From the NCBI GenBank assembly GCA_964549305.1, contig CAZJVM010000013.1, forward strand, positions 1-51,482: DNA of 51,482 bases. The letters are read 5' to 3'. Of this stretch, positions 8,519-19,330 are shown piece by piece. The stretch is from an uncultured bacterium. Lineage in GTDB: Bacteria > Schekmanbacteria > GWA2-38-11 > J061. A program made the translations under genes and the position numbers. Below the pieces are notes generated by a model. The model was given only the letters and a program-made list of their open reading frames with translations, ran no database searches and was not told where the DNA came from. How positions within the stretch are numbered: position 1 is the stretch's first letter; every line of letters starts with the position of its first letter.

Positions 8519-9922
8519 TTATTTTCTGCCGAGTATTTTTCTCAAAGTGTTTCTGCTTATACCGAGAATGGAAGCCGTCCTGCTCTGATTATGCCCTGTT
8601 TTTCCCATCACTCTGTGGACAACTGCTTTTTCGAATCTTTCCGACAAACGGGAAAAAACATCTCCTTCCTTCTTTTTGGCAAGCATCACATCGACAGCCT
8701 CATTCACCGCATCCTCAAAACCGCTCTTTCTCTCCTGCGAAAATGAATCAAGGGAAAAGGAAACATCGTCCGCGCTCAAAAACTCGCTTCTTCCACCCAT
8801 CATAGCCCGTAAAACAGTTGATTCAAGTTCGCGAACATTTCCCGGCCAGTTATAGGATGTAAGTAAATCAAGCGCCTCATCGGTAACAAACCTGATATTC
8901 GAAAGAAGTTCTTCCCTGTGTTTATTTATAAAATGTTCGGTAAGAAGCGGAATATCGCTTTTTCTCTCCCGAAGGGGAGGCACATCAATGTGAAAAACAT
9001 TGAGTCTGTAATAAAGGTCTTCCCTGAAATCCCTGTTCTTAACCGCTTTCTCGAGATTCCTGTTTGTAGCCGCGATAATCCTTACATCGACCTCTCTTGC
9101 AAGGCTTTCTCCCACAGGTTCGATAGTCTTTTCCTGAAGCGCTCTCAAAAGCTTCCCCTGCAGGGAATAATCAATCTCTGCGATTTCATCGAGAAAAATT
9201 GTACCGCCGTCTGCCGCCTGAAATTTTCCGATGCTTGTTTCATATGCGCCGCTGAATGAACCTTTTTTATGTCCGAAGAGTTCGCTCTCTATTATTCCCG
9301 AAGGAATCGCCGCACAGTTAACCTTTACGAACTGTTTACCGAGTCTGGGACTGTGGTAATGAATCGCCTTTGCCACAAGCTCTTTTCCAGTACCGCTTTC
9401 GCCCGTTATTAAAACTGTTGCATCGCTTGAAGTTACGCGTCCGATAAACTTGAAAAGCTCCTGAATTTTACGGCTTTTCCCAACAATTAAATCATTGGGA
9501 ATCTCTCCTATGATTTCGGTGCGAAGTTCATCTACGCGGGATTTAAGGTCTATCAGTTTTACAATTTTTTCGATGCGGAAGGTTATTTCCTCTATGTCAA
9601 AGGGCTTTGAAATATAGTCGTAAGCGCCTTTTTTCATGGCCTCAATGGTGTTTTCCATATTGTCCATTGCCGTCATTATAATAAAATGGCATCCGGAGTT
9701 TAATTCCTTTCCCTTCTGAAGAACATCGAATCCCGAGGCATCGGGCATATTGATGTCGATAAAGGCCACGTCGAATTCAGTTTTTTCAAGGGCATCCAGG
9801 GCTTCTTTGCCGGAATTTACCACAAGAGTTTCATACCCCTCTTCTTCGCAAAATTTTCCCATAATTCGTGTGAGATTTTGCTCATCGTCGGCTATGAGAA
9901 CTTTAGGAATGTTACTTTTCAT
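8519..9922 (-). CDS. NtrC-family sigma54-dependent response regulator (REC-AAA+-Fis HTH)
   Basis: IADD/DINMP/KPF receiver, GESGTGKE, ESELFGH, GSFSGA in place of GAFTGA, FLDEI, REDLYYRLN, WPGNVREL, NQSRTASILGISRNTL. Confidence 0.93.
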   Translation of the reverse strand: MKSNIPKVLIADDEQNLTRIMGKFCEEEGYETLVVNSGKEALDALEKTEFDVAFIDINMPDASGFDVLQKGKELNSGCHFIIMTAMDNMENTIEAMKKGAYDYISKPFDIEEITFRIEKIVKLIDLKSRVDELRTEIIGEIPNDLIVGKSRKIQELFKFIGRVTSSDATVLITGESGTGKELVAKAIHYHSPRLGKQFVKVNCAAIPSGIIESELFGHKKGSFSGAYETSIGKFQAADGGTIFLDEIAEIDYSLQGKLLRALQEKTIEPVGESLAREVDVRIIAATNRNLEKAVKNRDFREDLYYRLNVFHIDVPPLRERKSDIPLLTEHFINKHREELLSNIRFVTDEALDLLTSYNWPGNVRELESTVLRAMMGGRSEFLSADDVSFSLDSFSQERKSGFEDAVNEAVDVMLAKKKEGDVFSRLSERFEKAVVHRVMGKTGHNQSRTASILGISRNTLRKILGRK

Positions 9923-9925
9923 TTT

Positions 9926-11029
9926 TCAGTCTTTCGCAAAAGGGAGTAAAACGCGGCACAGAGTACCTCCTTCCTTTCTTTCTTCAAATTCTATGCTTCC
10001 TTCGTGTTTCGTTACGATTTTAAGGCAGATGGCAAGCCCCAATCCCGTCCCTTCCTTCTTGGTTGTAAAAAAGGGGACAAAAAGTTTTTCTTTTATATGG
10101 GAAGGAATGCCGGCACCGCTGTCAATTACCTCCACTGCCACAAATCCGTGCTTTCCTGTTTCTAAATTAATGGCCGCGGAAGTCCTGAAATATTTGGTTC
10201 TCACCCCTATTTCACCTCTGCATTCCTGCGACTCAGCGGCATTTTTGAGTATATTCTGAAAAAGCTGTATAAGCTCATCTACATTCCCCATTATTTCCGG
10301 CAGACTGGGGTCATATTCCCTCCTGAAAACCACATCCCCGAAAGCGCTGTCCAGAGCCATTATATTCAATATTCTGTCAACAATGGAATGAATATTGATA
10401 TTCTCAAAAATCGATTTTTTGTTCGACATAAAAAAAGAAATTTCTCCGGAAAGCCGGTTGAGGCGAGTCACTTCGGAAAGTATAATGTCAACAAACTCCT
10501 TTGATGAAGCGCCCATATTCCTGTCTCTTGAAATCATTTGCGCCGCGCCTTTAATCGAACCCAGAGGATTTCGTATTTCGTGAATAAGCCACTGGGAAAA
10601 CGTTTCCATATTCCTTATCATCTCATTCTTTTCTTCACGGTTTTCTATTTCAGAAACAGTTGACTTATCTTTAATTATCAAAATGAGCGCCACATTGGGG
10701 AAACTCTCCATATTAGACGCAGGCGCCGCTGAAATCTCCACAGGCAAAGGTTTTTTTCCCCACCTGTAAAGCAATGATTTTGTTTCCGAATATACCGCTC
10801 TGCTTTCCCCTGATGTTTTTATAATTTTGAGGATATGAGGATTGGCTGAAAAAAGTCTTCCCGCGTCTTTCTCTCCCATAAAATGAGAAGAAATCCCCAT
10901 CAACTCTTCAAATGACGGATTGGCAAAAATCACTTTCTGTTTATTGTCTAAAAGAGCTACCGCCAAGGGCATAAACGCGAGAAACTGTTCGATTTCGGCG
11001 CGAGGATTTTTTTTCATTTGAAAGGACAC
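9926..11029 (-). CDS. NtrB-like PAS sensor histidine kinase
   Basis: N-terminal PAS, HEIRNPLGSIKGAAQ H-box, NILKNA, DSGAGI, FFTTK, GTGLGL. AGGAG precedes the GTG start. Confidence 0.9.
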   Translation of the reverse strand: MSFQMKKNPRAEIEQFLAFMPLAVALLDNKQKVIFANPSFEELMGISSHFMGEKDAGRLFSANPHILKIIKTSGESRAVYSETKSLLYRWGKKPLPVEISAAPASNMESFPNVALILIIKDKSTVSEIENREEKNEMIRNMETFSQWLIHEIRNPLGSIKGAAQMISRDRNMGASSKEFVDIILSEVTRLNRLSGEISFFMSNKKSIFENINIHSIVDRILNIMALDSAFGDVVFRREYDPSLPEIMGNVDELIQLFQNILKNAAESQECRGEIGVRTKYFRTSAAINLETGKHGFVAVEVIDSGAGIPSHIKEKLFVPFFTTKKEGTGLGLAICLKIVTKHEGSIEFEERKEGGTLCRVLLPFAKD

Positions 11030-11051
11030 TGCTCTCCTGCTTAAAAATTAT

Positions 11052-11083
11052 CGGAGATATCCGCACCAACAGGGATATCTCCG
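11052..11083 (-). terminator. 11-bp inverted repeat, probable intrinsic terminator between the aldolase and the kinase
   Basis: CGGAGATATCC-N10-GGATATCTCCG, followed on the minus strand by ATAATTTTT. Confidence 0.55.
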
Positions 11084-11129
11084 GTCTTTTAACGAAAAAA
11101 AACTTTAAAAGGAAAGTGAATCCTTAGTT

Positions 11130-12530
11130 TTAAAAAGATTTACCGGCTTTCACTCTGACCGGTTTAACGGATTCGGTCACAATGCCCGTCATATCAACAC
11201 AATTCATCTTCTTGAAAAGAAGTTCAAACTTTGCGCCGAGCTCGGACATAATCGCTTCCAGTTTATCGGAAGGCATAGTCCAAACATCTTTTTTATACAA
11301 GCCGAAACCCTTTTTTCTCGTTTTATAGATGAATTGCTCCTGCGTTTCCGAGTCCTTTTTATCAGAACCGAATTTTTCGACTATGGCATCGTAAATCTTG
11401 CCTTTTAGTTCCGCGGGAAAACTGCTGCTGTCATAAATAATATTCTGAAAACCCGTGGCAAGATGAACTTCGAGAGCTTCTCTTTCGGGAAAATTTCCGA
11501 ATGCCTCTTCTGGCAAAGTCGACGCGCCGTGCTGTACCGCGCCTCCGAGTCCGTATTCATCCCTTGAAATATTGGAAAGATTGCCGAGGGTTTCAAGGTC
11601 AAGTTTGACTTCTGCAATGCTTCCGTCAGGAAGAGGTATTCCACCATGGCTCGTTCCCGTCTGCACACTTATTTTAGATATGCCCGCATATTTCCCCCCC
11701 GACTTTTCAAGACACTTTACATATCCGTCAAGATATGCGCGCAATTCTTCGGGAGTGCTGTTTTTCTTTCCTACTTCGCCTATTTCACCGCCAACCGAAA
11801 CAGTAACTCCTTCAGGTTCGAGCTCCCTGATATAGGAAGTAAGTTCGGCCGTTATCTCATAATTAAGCTGCTGCTGTTCATCTATCGTTTCCTTTGAAAG
11901 GTCCACAAGCGTGGAAGCATCGATGTCGATATTATAAAAACCCGCTTCTATCGATTCCTTTATTAACGCTTTCAGGCCTGCAATTTCCTTTTCTCTGTCA
12001 TTTTTAAAGTTTCCCGCATTAACCTGATAGTGGTCGCCCTGAATAAACACAGGACCTCTGTGCCCCTCCCTGATTGCCGCGGCAAGCACGCAGGCGGAAT
12101 ATTCCGCGGGACGCTGAAAGGTGTAACCTATTTCGCTCTTTGCGATTTCAAAGATACAGGCATTTGAATTGTTGGCTTTCCCCGTTCTGAAGATTGCCCT
12201 TGCCACATCATAGGTAAGGACTCTTATATTTATGGCGGGCACTGTCTTGCTTTTGTATTTGTTTTGCGCTCTTGCCATATACAGTCCCTGAATGGACGCG
12301 GGGTATATCCCGAGGGACTGCGCCGCCTCCCTTATAATCCAGCGGCAACGCGCTTTTTCCTTTTCTTCTTCGTTGAAAACAGCATTGTGAATCAAAAGGT
12401 CAACACCCGATTCCCTGAGAACCTTTTCATCGGTAATGTTTACGGAATCACTGTCTATTGCAATGAATGAATTGATTTTATTTTCAAACTCGCCGCCTTG
12501 TAAAATTTCCATAATACCAATATCTCCCAT
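11130..12530 (-). CDS. Class II (metal-dependent) fructose-bisphosphate aldolase family, long form
   Basis: VPAIN, QGDH, IDAS, GEIG, GTSHG, VQHGAS. Alternative start ATG 12512 has GGAG upstream. Confidence 0.85.
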   Translation of the reverse strand: MGDIGIMEILQGGEFENKINSFIAIDSDSVNITDEKVLRESGVDLLIHNAVFNEEEKEKARCRWIIREAAQSLGIYPASIQGLYMARAQNKYKSKTVPAINIRVLTYDVARAIFRTGKANNSNACIFEIAKSEIGYTFQRPAEYSACVLAAAIREGHRGPVFIQGDHYQVNAGNFKNDREKEIAGLKALIKESIEAGFYNIDIDASTLVDLSKETIDEQQQLNYEITAELTSYIRELEPEGVTVSVGGEIGEVGKKNSTPEELRAYLDGYVKCLEKSGGKYAGISKISVQTGTSHGGIPLPDGSIAEVKLDLETLGNLSNISRDEYGLGGAVQHGASTLPEEAFGNFPEREALEVHLATGFQNIIYDSSSFPAELKGKIYDAIVEKFGSDKKDSETQEQFIYKTRKKGFGLYKKDVWTMPSDKLEAIMSELGAKFELLFKKMNCVDMTGIVTESVKPVRVKAGKSF

Positions 12531-12568
12531 TTATTAAATTGTTTAAAGCCAGTGTATTCTGTTTAAAA

Positions 12569-14098
12569 TCATTCTTCGGTTATCGTTACATAGTGCGTCA
12601 TACCCTTGCTCTCGATGAGAAACAAGACACCTTCGGCAAGGTTTGCGCTATTCATTTCCTTTTCAAAGTCAGAGGTGTTTTTAACGGGTTTTCTGTTTAC
12701 CTCTCTTATTATATCGCCTCTTCTTACACCCTTCTTCTCTGCCTGACTTCCTCGTTCCACTTTGGATACCACAACGCCATCGAAATCATTCGTGTCGAGC
12801 TGTTTTGCTATTTCTGGGGTTATATTTTCAACGGTAATACCTACCCTTTCCTCTACATTTTTTGAAACAGCTACTTGCGTCCCGCCGTCTTCGGGAAATT
12901 CGCCGAGTTCAACTGTCAGATTTTTTTCTTTACCGTCCCTGATAAGCTTTAGCTTTACCTTCGTGCCGGGCCTTGTAGATGCCGCTTTCATGGAGAGGTC
13001 TCTTGAATCTTTTATCTTCTCTCCGTTAAATTCCGTTATGATATCTCCTCTTTTAACTCCTGCCTTATCGGCGGGACTGTCCTTTGTAACCTGTCCCACG
13101 AGGGCGCCGTCCTTTTTCTCCACTCCAAACTGCTTCGCGAGGTTATTATTGAGGGGTTGTACAAGAAGCCCGAGCCACCCTCTCGTAACTTTACCCTTGG
13201 CTTTAATCTGAACGAGAATATCCTTTGCAAGGTTAATGGGAATGGAAAAACCGATTCCTATATTTCCGGGAGTTCCTCCCATATTATTGTTTGAAAATAT
13301 CGCCGAATTAATTCCTATGACATTCCCATTCAGGTCTATGAGAGGTCCTCCGCTGTTTCCGGGATTGATGGATGCGTCGGTCTGAATAAAGTCTTCATAG
13401 GGTCCCTGTCCTATAACTCTTCCTTTCGCGCTGACTATTCCCGCTGTAACCGTCCTTTCAAGCCCAAAAGGATTTCCGATTGCAATTACCCAGTCTCCTA
13501 CGCGAAGTTTATCTGAATCGCCCAATGTCATAAGGGGAAGTTTATGGTCTGCCTCTATTTTAATAAGAGCGATATCGGTTTTGGGATCCTTACCGACAAT
13601 CTCTGCGGAAAATTCCTTTCCGTCGGAAAGTCTGACCCTTATCTTGTCCGCCTTGTCTACAACGTGATTGTTGGTAACGATATATCCGTCGGGACTTATT
13701 ATGAATCCTGAACCGAGAGACTGCTGAGTATATTCCCTGGGCATATCGGGTGGAAGGAAATGGTCAAAAAAATCATCTCCGAATGGCGAATTTCCGAAAG
13801 GATTGGCCCTTCCGCGACTCTGTCTCTTAATAACCCTGTCGGTACTTATGTTGACAACTGCATCCTCTACTTTTTCAGCTACATCGGCAAATGTGCCCGG
13901 AATCAGGGAAGTGCCTTCAGATGAAGTTTTCTCTTCTTTCTTCTCGATCCAGAATTTCTCTTCAGTGGAAGCGGGAGTCAATCCAATTACGGACTTAATA
14001 TCGAAATACTCTTTTTTGAGCTTTTCACCTCCGGCAAGGTAAATGCAGGCAACTGCCACGACAAGAAGCATAAGTGTTATTTTTTTTCTAAACTCCAT
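12569..14098 (-). CDS. degP: DegP/DegQ (HtrA, Do family) serine endoprotease with two PDZ domains
   Basis: TNNHVV, TDIALIK and GNSGGPL triad motifs, two PDZ repeats, N-terminal hydrophobic anchor. Confidence 0.93.
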   Translation of the reverse strand: MEFRKKITLMLLVVAVACIYLAGGEKLKKEYFDIKSVIGLTPASTEEKFWIEKKEEKTSSEGTSLIPGTFADVAEKVEDAVVNISTDRVIKRQSRGRANPFGNSPFGDDFFDHFLPPDMPREYTQQSLGSGFIISPDGYIVTNNHVVDKADKIRVRLSDGKEFSAEIVGKDPKTDIALIKIEADHKLPLMTLGDSDKLRVGDWVIAIGNPFGLERTVTAGIVSAKGRVIGQGPYEDFIQTDASINPGNSGGPLIDLNGNVIGINSAIFSNNNMGGTPGNIGIGFSIPINLAKDILVQIKAKGKVTRGWLGLLVQPLNNNLAKQFGVEKKDGALVGQVTKDSPADKAGVKRGDIITEFNGEKIKDSRDLSMKAASTRPGTKVKLKLIRDGKEKNLTVELGEFPEDGGTQVAVSKNVEERVGITVENITPEIAKQLDTNDFDGVVVSKVERGSQAEKKGVRRGDIIREVNRKPVKNTSDFEKEMNSANLAEGVLFLIESKGMTHYVTITEE

Positions 14099-14185
14099 TT
14101 CACAAACCTCCGGATTATTGTTGTAAGTAAAAAGAGAGCAAAATACAGAATATGAATTTTACTTCTCAAAACTTTTTAACGCTTT

Positions 14186-14584
14186 TTAACTTTTCGCTTT
14201 TATTCCCACACTTATCCCGGGCGCGCTGTTTAAAGTGTTATGAATAAGGCAATTCCCCGCAACTTTCAATATGGCTTTTTCCCTTTTTTTATAGCTTTCA
14301 TCGGGCATAACTATCTCAACTGAAAGTTTCTCTATCCTGTCGTGCTCTTCGGAAAATTTCCAATTCACATAGAATGCCAGCCCCTCACAGTTTATTCCCT
14401 TCCCACTGCAGTAGGAAGTCACATAAACTCCAATGCAGGTACCAAGTGATGCCGCGAAAATTTCAGGCGGAGTAGGACCGTTGTTATCGCCGTTGTTGTC
14501 TTCCGGTTGATCAACGGCAAATCTGTGATTTCTAACATTGACGGAAAACTCTTTTTTTCCTTCATATGTTATCTTCATAGACAT
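14186..14584 (-). CDS. OsmC family protein
   Basis: DQP...GPTPPE...LGTC and NCLIHNTL Cys pair. Start moved to ATG 14584, which follows AAGGA. Confidence 0.88.
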   Translation of the reverse strand: MSMKITYEGKKEFSVNVRNHRFAVDQPEDNNGDNNGPTPPEIFAASLGTCIGVYVTSYCSGKGINCEGLAFYVNWKFSEEHDRIEKLSVEIVMPDESYKKREKAILKVAGNCLIHNTLNSAPGISVGIKAKS

Positions 14585-14610
14585 AGTGTTACTTCCTTGA
14601 ATCAAGCGTC

Positions 14611-15072
14611 TTAGGCGGAAATCTCGTCATACTTCTTCTTGAACTGGTCATAATGGCCCTGCTCGAAAGTGACAAAATCGGAGTAAAATTTTTTGTCTTC
14701 TTCGTCGAAAGAAAGGTTAAGAAGCTCTTTGTAAAATTTAACCGCGCTTGCCTCGATCTTAAGGGCTGTCTCTATTGCGCCTTTTTCCGACATATTGCTC
14801 TTTAGCAGTTCATCTTTTTCGGGGACATCGAGCCCCGGGAACTTTTCGGGTCTTAAATCCTCCAAATCCCAGTCCTGTCCCGTTTTTTTCTCAAGCTGTT
14901 TTTTCAAAAGCCTTATATGGGCCTCCTCCTCCTTTGCGAAAAAGAGAAAAAGCTCTTTTACTCCATCGGTATTTGAAACGGAATGAGCCCACAGGAAAAA
15001 ATCGTGGGCAAACTTTTCTGCCTGCAGTGCCCTTACAAGTTCTTCTATAATATTTTCATTTTCTCCGGACAT
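14611..15072 (-). CDS. Ferritin-like (rubrerythrin-type diiron) protein without rubredoxin domain
   Basis: Two E...ExxH units: AE...EEEAH and IE...FY...FEQGH. Confidence 0.82.
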   Translation of the reverse strand: MSGENENIIEELVRALQAEKFAHDFFLWAHSVSNTDGVKELFLFFAKEEEAHIRLLKKQLEKKTGQDWDLEDLRPEKFPGLDVPEKDELLKSNMSEKGAIETALKIEASAVKFYKELLNLSFDEEDKKFYSDFVTFEQGHYDQFKKKYDEISA

Positions 15073-15328
15073 CTTTCTTTTCTCTCCTCGATTTATTAAC
15101 CATTAATTTTATCTCATCAAATTGGCTAATAATATAACAAATAAAAAAATCTTTACAATGAATATCTGAGCAATTATTTTTAAAAAAAAAGAATGGATAT
15201 AAAATAATTTTTAAATAAAAATAGAGTATTAGCAGTTTAAATGAAGAAGCCGGAAAACCGTAATATTGCAGATGGCGCGACGGCAACCGTTTAAAATGTA
15301 TCCAAACTTTTAACACAAGGAGCAGGAA

Positions 15329-16165
15329 ATGTTCAAAAATATCCTGGTACCCCTTGACAGGTCGCCTTTCAGTGACATTTGTCTTCAATACGCTATGTGG
15401 CTTGCCAATCTTTTTAAGGCAAAGCTTCACGGACAGCACGTCGTTGACCTGATAGCCCTCGAAGGGCCTATTGTACACGACATTTCCGGCTCGATGGGTT
15501 TCGAACCCTATATGAATCTTTCAGAAAAAATGAGAGAAGTTCTCTATGCAAGAGGGAAAGAAATCGTCGGGGAATTCGGCAGAAAATGTGAAGAGAGTAA
15601 CATAAAATATGAAACATATATCGATACGGGCATCATTGCAAACGAGATATGCGGCAGGGCAAAAACCTCTGACCTCATCATTTTAGGGCAAAAGGGGCTG
15701 AATGCAAGATTCGACAGAGGGCTTCTCGGTTCTGTAAGTGATGCTGTCATAAGAAAATCACAAAAACCCATATTTCTTTCCCCTTCAACATACAGGAAAA
15801 TCAGCAAAGTGCTTCTCTGTTACGACGGAAGCGCCTATGCGAGCGAAGCGATGCAGATTGCCGCGGAATTTTCCACTGTCGCGGGCACCAAAATGCACAT
15901 TTTAACTGTGGGCAAAGATGCCGAAGAGGGGAAGAAAAAACTTGAAGATTCAAAAAAATACATAGATTCTTACGGCATTGAACCCGTTTTTTCCTTTGTG
16001 GAAGGAAATCCCAACGAAATAATCGTAAGTTTTTCGGAAAAAGAGGAAATCGATCTAGTTTTTATGGGCGCATACGGACACAGCAGAATCATAGAAATGG
16101 TTCTGGGAAGCACCACGGAGTATGTGCTGAGGAACATTCAGTGCCCCGTAATTATAAAAAGATAG
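15329..16165 (+). CDS. Universal stress protein with tandem USP domains
   Basis: [18 protein letters not shown]...[22 protein letters not shown]...LGSTT. Confidence 0.92.
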   Translation: MFKNILVPLDRSPFSDICLQYAMWLANLFKAKLHGQHVVDLIALEGPIVHDISGSMGFEPYMNLSEKMREVLYARGKEIVGEFGRKCEESNIKYETYIDTGIIANEICGRAKTSDLIILGQKGLNARFDRGLLGSVSDAVIRKSQKPIFLSPSTYRKISKVLLCYDGSAYASEAMQIAAEFSTVAGTKMHILTVGKDAEEGKKKLEDSKKYIDSYGIEPVFSFVEGNPNEIIVSFSEKEEIDLVFMGAYGHSRIIEMVLGSTTEYVLRNIQCPVIIKR

Positions 16166-16196
16166 CGAAAAAACATACAAGGGGGGAGTATCAGAG

Positions 16197-18794
16197 ATGC
16201 AGTATGAAAAGCTTACAGTCAAGGCGCGGGAAGCGATTGAGAATTCAAGAATAATAGCGGGGAAAAACAGTCATCAGCAGATTGAACCCGAGCATCTTTT
16301 AATCGCGCTCATTCTTCAGAAAGACGGCATAGTACCGCGAGTCTTAGAAAAGCTCGGAGTTGACACGCTTCAGATAACCGGCAAGCTCGACAAGGAACTG
16401 AATAAAAAGCCAAAAGTTTCAGGTACGCCGGAGATTTATATCTCACAGCATCTGAACAACATTCTCAATAATTCCTTTAAAGAAGCGGAAAGGCTGAAAG
16501 ACGAATATGTAAGTTCGGAACACCTTCTCATATCGATTTCCGATGAAAAGGGATCGCCCGCATCGAAAATTCTTGCAGATGCCGGAATCACCAAAGACGC
16601 TATTTTCAGGGTGCTTGTTGAAATCAGAGGCACTCAGAGAATAACCGACGAAAATCCCGAAGAAAAATATGAAGCGCTAAAAAGGTACAGCAGAGACCTT
16701 ACCGCTCTTGCCGAAAAGGGAAAGCTTGACCCTGTCATTGGGCGCGATGACGAAATCCGGCGCGTTATGCAGGTGCTCTCGAGAAGGACTAAGAACAACC
16801 CCGTACTCATCGGAGAGCCCGGAGTTGGGAAAACCGCCATTGTCGAAGGACTTGCAAGAAGAATAGTCGAAGGCGATGTTCCCGAAGGACTCAAAAACAA
16901 GATGCTCGTTGCACTCGATATGGGCGCCCTCATTGCCGGAGCGAAATACAGGGGTGAGTTCGAAGACCGTCTCAAGGCTTTCCTGAAAGAAGTTACCGAA
17001 TCCGACGGCAAGGTGATACTTTTCATAGACGAGCTTCACACACTCGTAGGCGCGGGCGCCGCCGAAGGAGCGATGGACGCGTCGAATATGCTAAAACCAG
17101 CCCTTGCCCGCGGTGAGCTTAAATGCATCGGAGCGACTACTCTCGATGAGTACAGAAAATACATTGAAAAGGACGCTGCCCTTGAAAGGCGTTTTCAGCC
17201 CGTTTTAACGGGAGAACCTTCAGTCGAGGATACGATAGGTATTCTCAGGGGCTTGAAAGAGAAATATGAAGTCTATCACGGCGTTAAAATAAAGGATTCG
17301 TCAATAATAGCCGCAGCAAAACTTTCTGACAGATACATATCTGACCGTTTCCTTCCCGATAAAGCCATTGATTTAATCGATGAAGCGGCATCACGTCTGA
17401 GGATTGAAATTGACAGCATGCCCACGGAAATTGATGAGATTACAAGACGAATCACTCAGATGGAAATCGAGCGCGAAGCTCTCAAAAAAGAAAAGGACAG
17501 CAAATCCGCCGAACAGCTTGAAAAACTGAAAAAGGAATTGGCTGATTTAAAGGAGCAGTCGGCTTTGATGAAGACACATTGGGAAAAAGAAAAAAAGAGT
17601 ATCGCAAAAATACGCGAATTGAAGGAAAGGACCGAGCAGGTAAATAGCGAAGCGGAAACGGCAAAGCGCGAGGGAAATCTCGAAAAAGCGGCACAGCTTC
17701 TCTACGAAGAACTCGTTGGACTTAAAAACGAAATAGAAAAGGAAAGCAGTGAACTTGCCAAACTGCAATCCGAACAAAAATTTCTGAAAGAGGAAATTGA
17801 CGAAGAGGATGTGGCTGAAATAGTCTCAAACTGGACGGGAATTCCAGTTTCAAAGATGCTTGAAGGCGAAAAAGAAAAACTTGTCAATATGGAAAAGAAA
17901 ATCGCCGAGCGCGTTGTGGGGCAGGAATCGGCAATCGATGCCGTCTGTCGTGCAGTTAGGCGGGCTCGAGTAGGATTGCAGGATACGAAACGCCCTATCG
18001 GCTCATTCATTTTCCTCGGTCCCACGGGAGTTGGAAAAACAGAGTTGGCACGGGCACTGGCTGAATTTCTTTTTGATGATGAGCAAAACATAGTGAGAAT
18101 CGATATGTCAGAGTATATGGAGAAGCACTCCGTATCGCGCCTCATAGGCGCCCCTCCGGGATATGTTGGCTATGATGAGGGAGGCGCGCTTACCGAAGCA
18201 GTGAGAAGACATCCCTACTCGGTCATACTCTTTGATGAAATCGAAAAGGCGCATCAGGATGTTTTCAATATTCTGCTTCAGCTTTTAGACGACGGAAGAC
18301 TTACCGACGGACACGGAAAAACAGTGGATTTTACAAATACTGTGGTAATTATGACTTCAAATATAGGCAGTCAGTGGATAACGGAGCTTGACGAGTCAAA
18401 ATATGATGAAATGTCTCAAAAAGTCAAAGAAACTCTTAAAGTACATTTTAAACCGGAGTTTTTAAACAGAATCGATGAGATAATCATCTTCCATTCTTTA
18501 AGCAGGGAAGATATTGTAAAAATAGTTGGTATTCAGATCAATATCCTTAAAAAATATCTCAGCGAAAGGAAGATAGGTATTGATATTACCAACAATGCCG
18601 TGAAATATCTTGCTGGCAAGGGATTCAGCGAATCATTTGGCGCCCGTCCCCTAAAACGCCTCATCCAAAGAGAAATTCAGGACGCGCTTGCCCTCAAACT
18701 CCTTGAAGGAGAGTTTTCCGAAGGGGATATCATTACCATAGACACCGGTAAAGAAATGGAAAATATTGTTTTTAACAGGTCGACAATGCAGTAA
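16197..18794 (+). CDS. clpB: ATP-dependent chaperone ClpB
   Basis: Clp-N repeats, [15 protein letters not shown], coiled-coil M domain, [12 protein letters not shown], no IGF loop. Confidence 0.97.
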   Translation: MQYEKLTVKAREAIENSRIIAGKNSHQQIEPEHLLIALILQKDGIVPRVLEKLGVDTLQITGKLDKELNKKPKVSGTPEIYISQHLNNILNNSFKEAERLKDEYVSSEHLLISISDEKGSPASKILADAGITKDAIFRVLVEIRGTQRITDENPEEKYEALKRYSRDLTALAEKGKLDPVIGRDDEIRRVMQVLSRRTKNNPVLIGEPGVGKTAIVEGLARRIVEGDVPEGLKNKMLVALDMGALIAGAKYRGEFEDRLKAFLKEVTESDGKVILFIDELHTLVGAGAAEGAMDASNMLKPALARGELKCIGATTLDEYRKYIEKDAALERRFQPVLTGEPSVEDTIGILRGLKEKYEVYHGVKIKDSSIIAAAKLSDRYISDRFLPDKAIDLIDEAASRLRIEIDSMPTEIDEITRRITQMEIEREALKKEKDSKSAEQLEKLKKELADLKEQSALMKTHWEKEKKSIAKIRELKERTEQVNSEAETAKREGNLEKAAQLLYEELVGLKNEIEKESSELAKLQSEQKFLKEEIDEEDVAEIVSNWTGIPVSKMLEGEKEKLVNMEKKIAERVVGQESAIDAVCRAVRRARVGLQDTKRPIGSFIFLGPTGVGKTELARALAEFLFDDEQNIVRIDMSEYMEKHSVSRLIGAPPGYVGYDEGGALTEAVRRHPYSVILFDEIEKAHQDVFNILLQLLDDGRLTDGHGKTVDFTNTVVIMTSNIGSQWITELDESKYDEMSQKVKETLKVHFKPEFLNRIDEIIIFHSLSREDIVKIVGIQINILKKYLSERKIGIDITNNAVKYLAGKGFSESFGARPLKRLIQREIQDALALKLLEGEFSEGDIITIDTGKEMENIVFNRSTMQ

Positions 18795-18917
18795 CTTACA
18801 GACAACTGTCATCGTTTCCGGTTTATATTGAAAAATAGAAATGTTGAATTATCTTATTTCTGATAAACAGAGGTTAATCGTCATTCAAAAACCACTTTTT
18901 CAGAAAGGATAATCCCA

Positions 18918-19175
18918 ATGAAAGAAAAAGAAATAGGAATCGTCGATAATTACTTCAATAAGGTAGGAGTCGCCGCATTGAAAATCACATCGGGAAGTCT
19001 TTCGATAGGCGATAGGATACATTTTCTCGGAAGCACTACCGATTTTGAACAAAAGGTTGAATCAATGCAGCTTGACCACGAATCAGTCGAGAAGGTATCT
19101 GCCGGAGAAATGGCAGGAATTAAGACCACCGGGAGAGTGAGAAAGCTTGATAAAGTTCTAAAAATAATCGACTGA
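18918..19175 (+). CDS. Small translation-factor-type beta-barrel protein (EF-Tu domain II / U32 C-terminal-like)
   Basis: EIGIVDNYFNKVGVAA...LSIGDRIHF...FEQKVESMQ...GIK...VRKLDKV. AAAGGA SD upstream. Confidence 0.75.
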   Translation: MKEKEIGIVDNYFNKVGVAALKITSGSLSIGDRIHFLGSTTDFEQKVESMQLDHESVEKVSAGEMAGIKTTGRVRKLDKVLKIID

Positions 19176-19330
19176 TTTTTAAAAATCAATGTCATTTCAC
19201 TTTAATTGTTACCCCCCTATATCACTATATCATTTGTTAAATCAATAACTTATTCTTTAGAAAAAAACACCTTTTATGCCACATTTCAATCTTGCATTAA
19301 AATAATCTAAATAATTTTATTAATATTTTC

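Noticed and set aside
15224-15255. CIRCE-like half sites (GAGTATTAG, TTAGCAGTT) upstream of usp-clpB
   Set aside because: The halves overlap in the wrong order and neither has a correctly spaced partner.
15283-15298. Possible sigma54 promoter starting TGGCGCG upstream of usp
   Set aside because: There is no GC at the -12 position 10 nt after the GG.
15056-15478. 140-aa minus-strand ORF spanning the divergent spacer
   Set aside because: It overlaps usp antisense, and its F/K/I-rich composition reflects AT-rich non-coding DNA.
19173-19188. 16-bp palindrome TGATTTTTAAAAATCA at the stop of the small gene
   Set aside because: It is mostly A/T homopolymer in an AT-rich spacer, has no loop or GC stem, and is too likely by chance.
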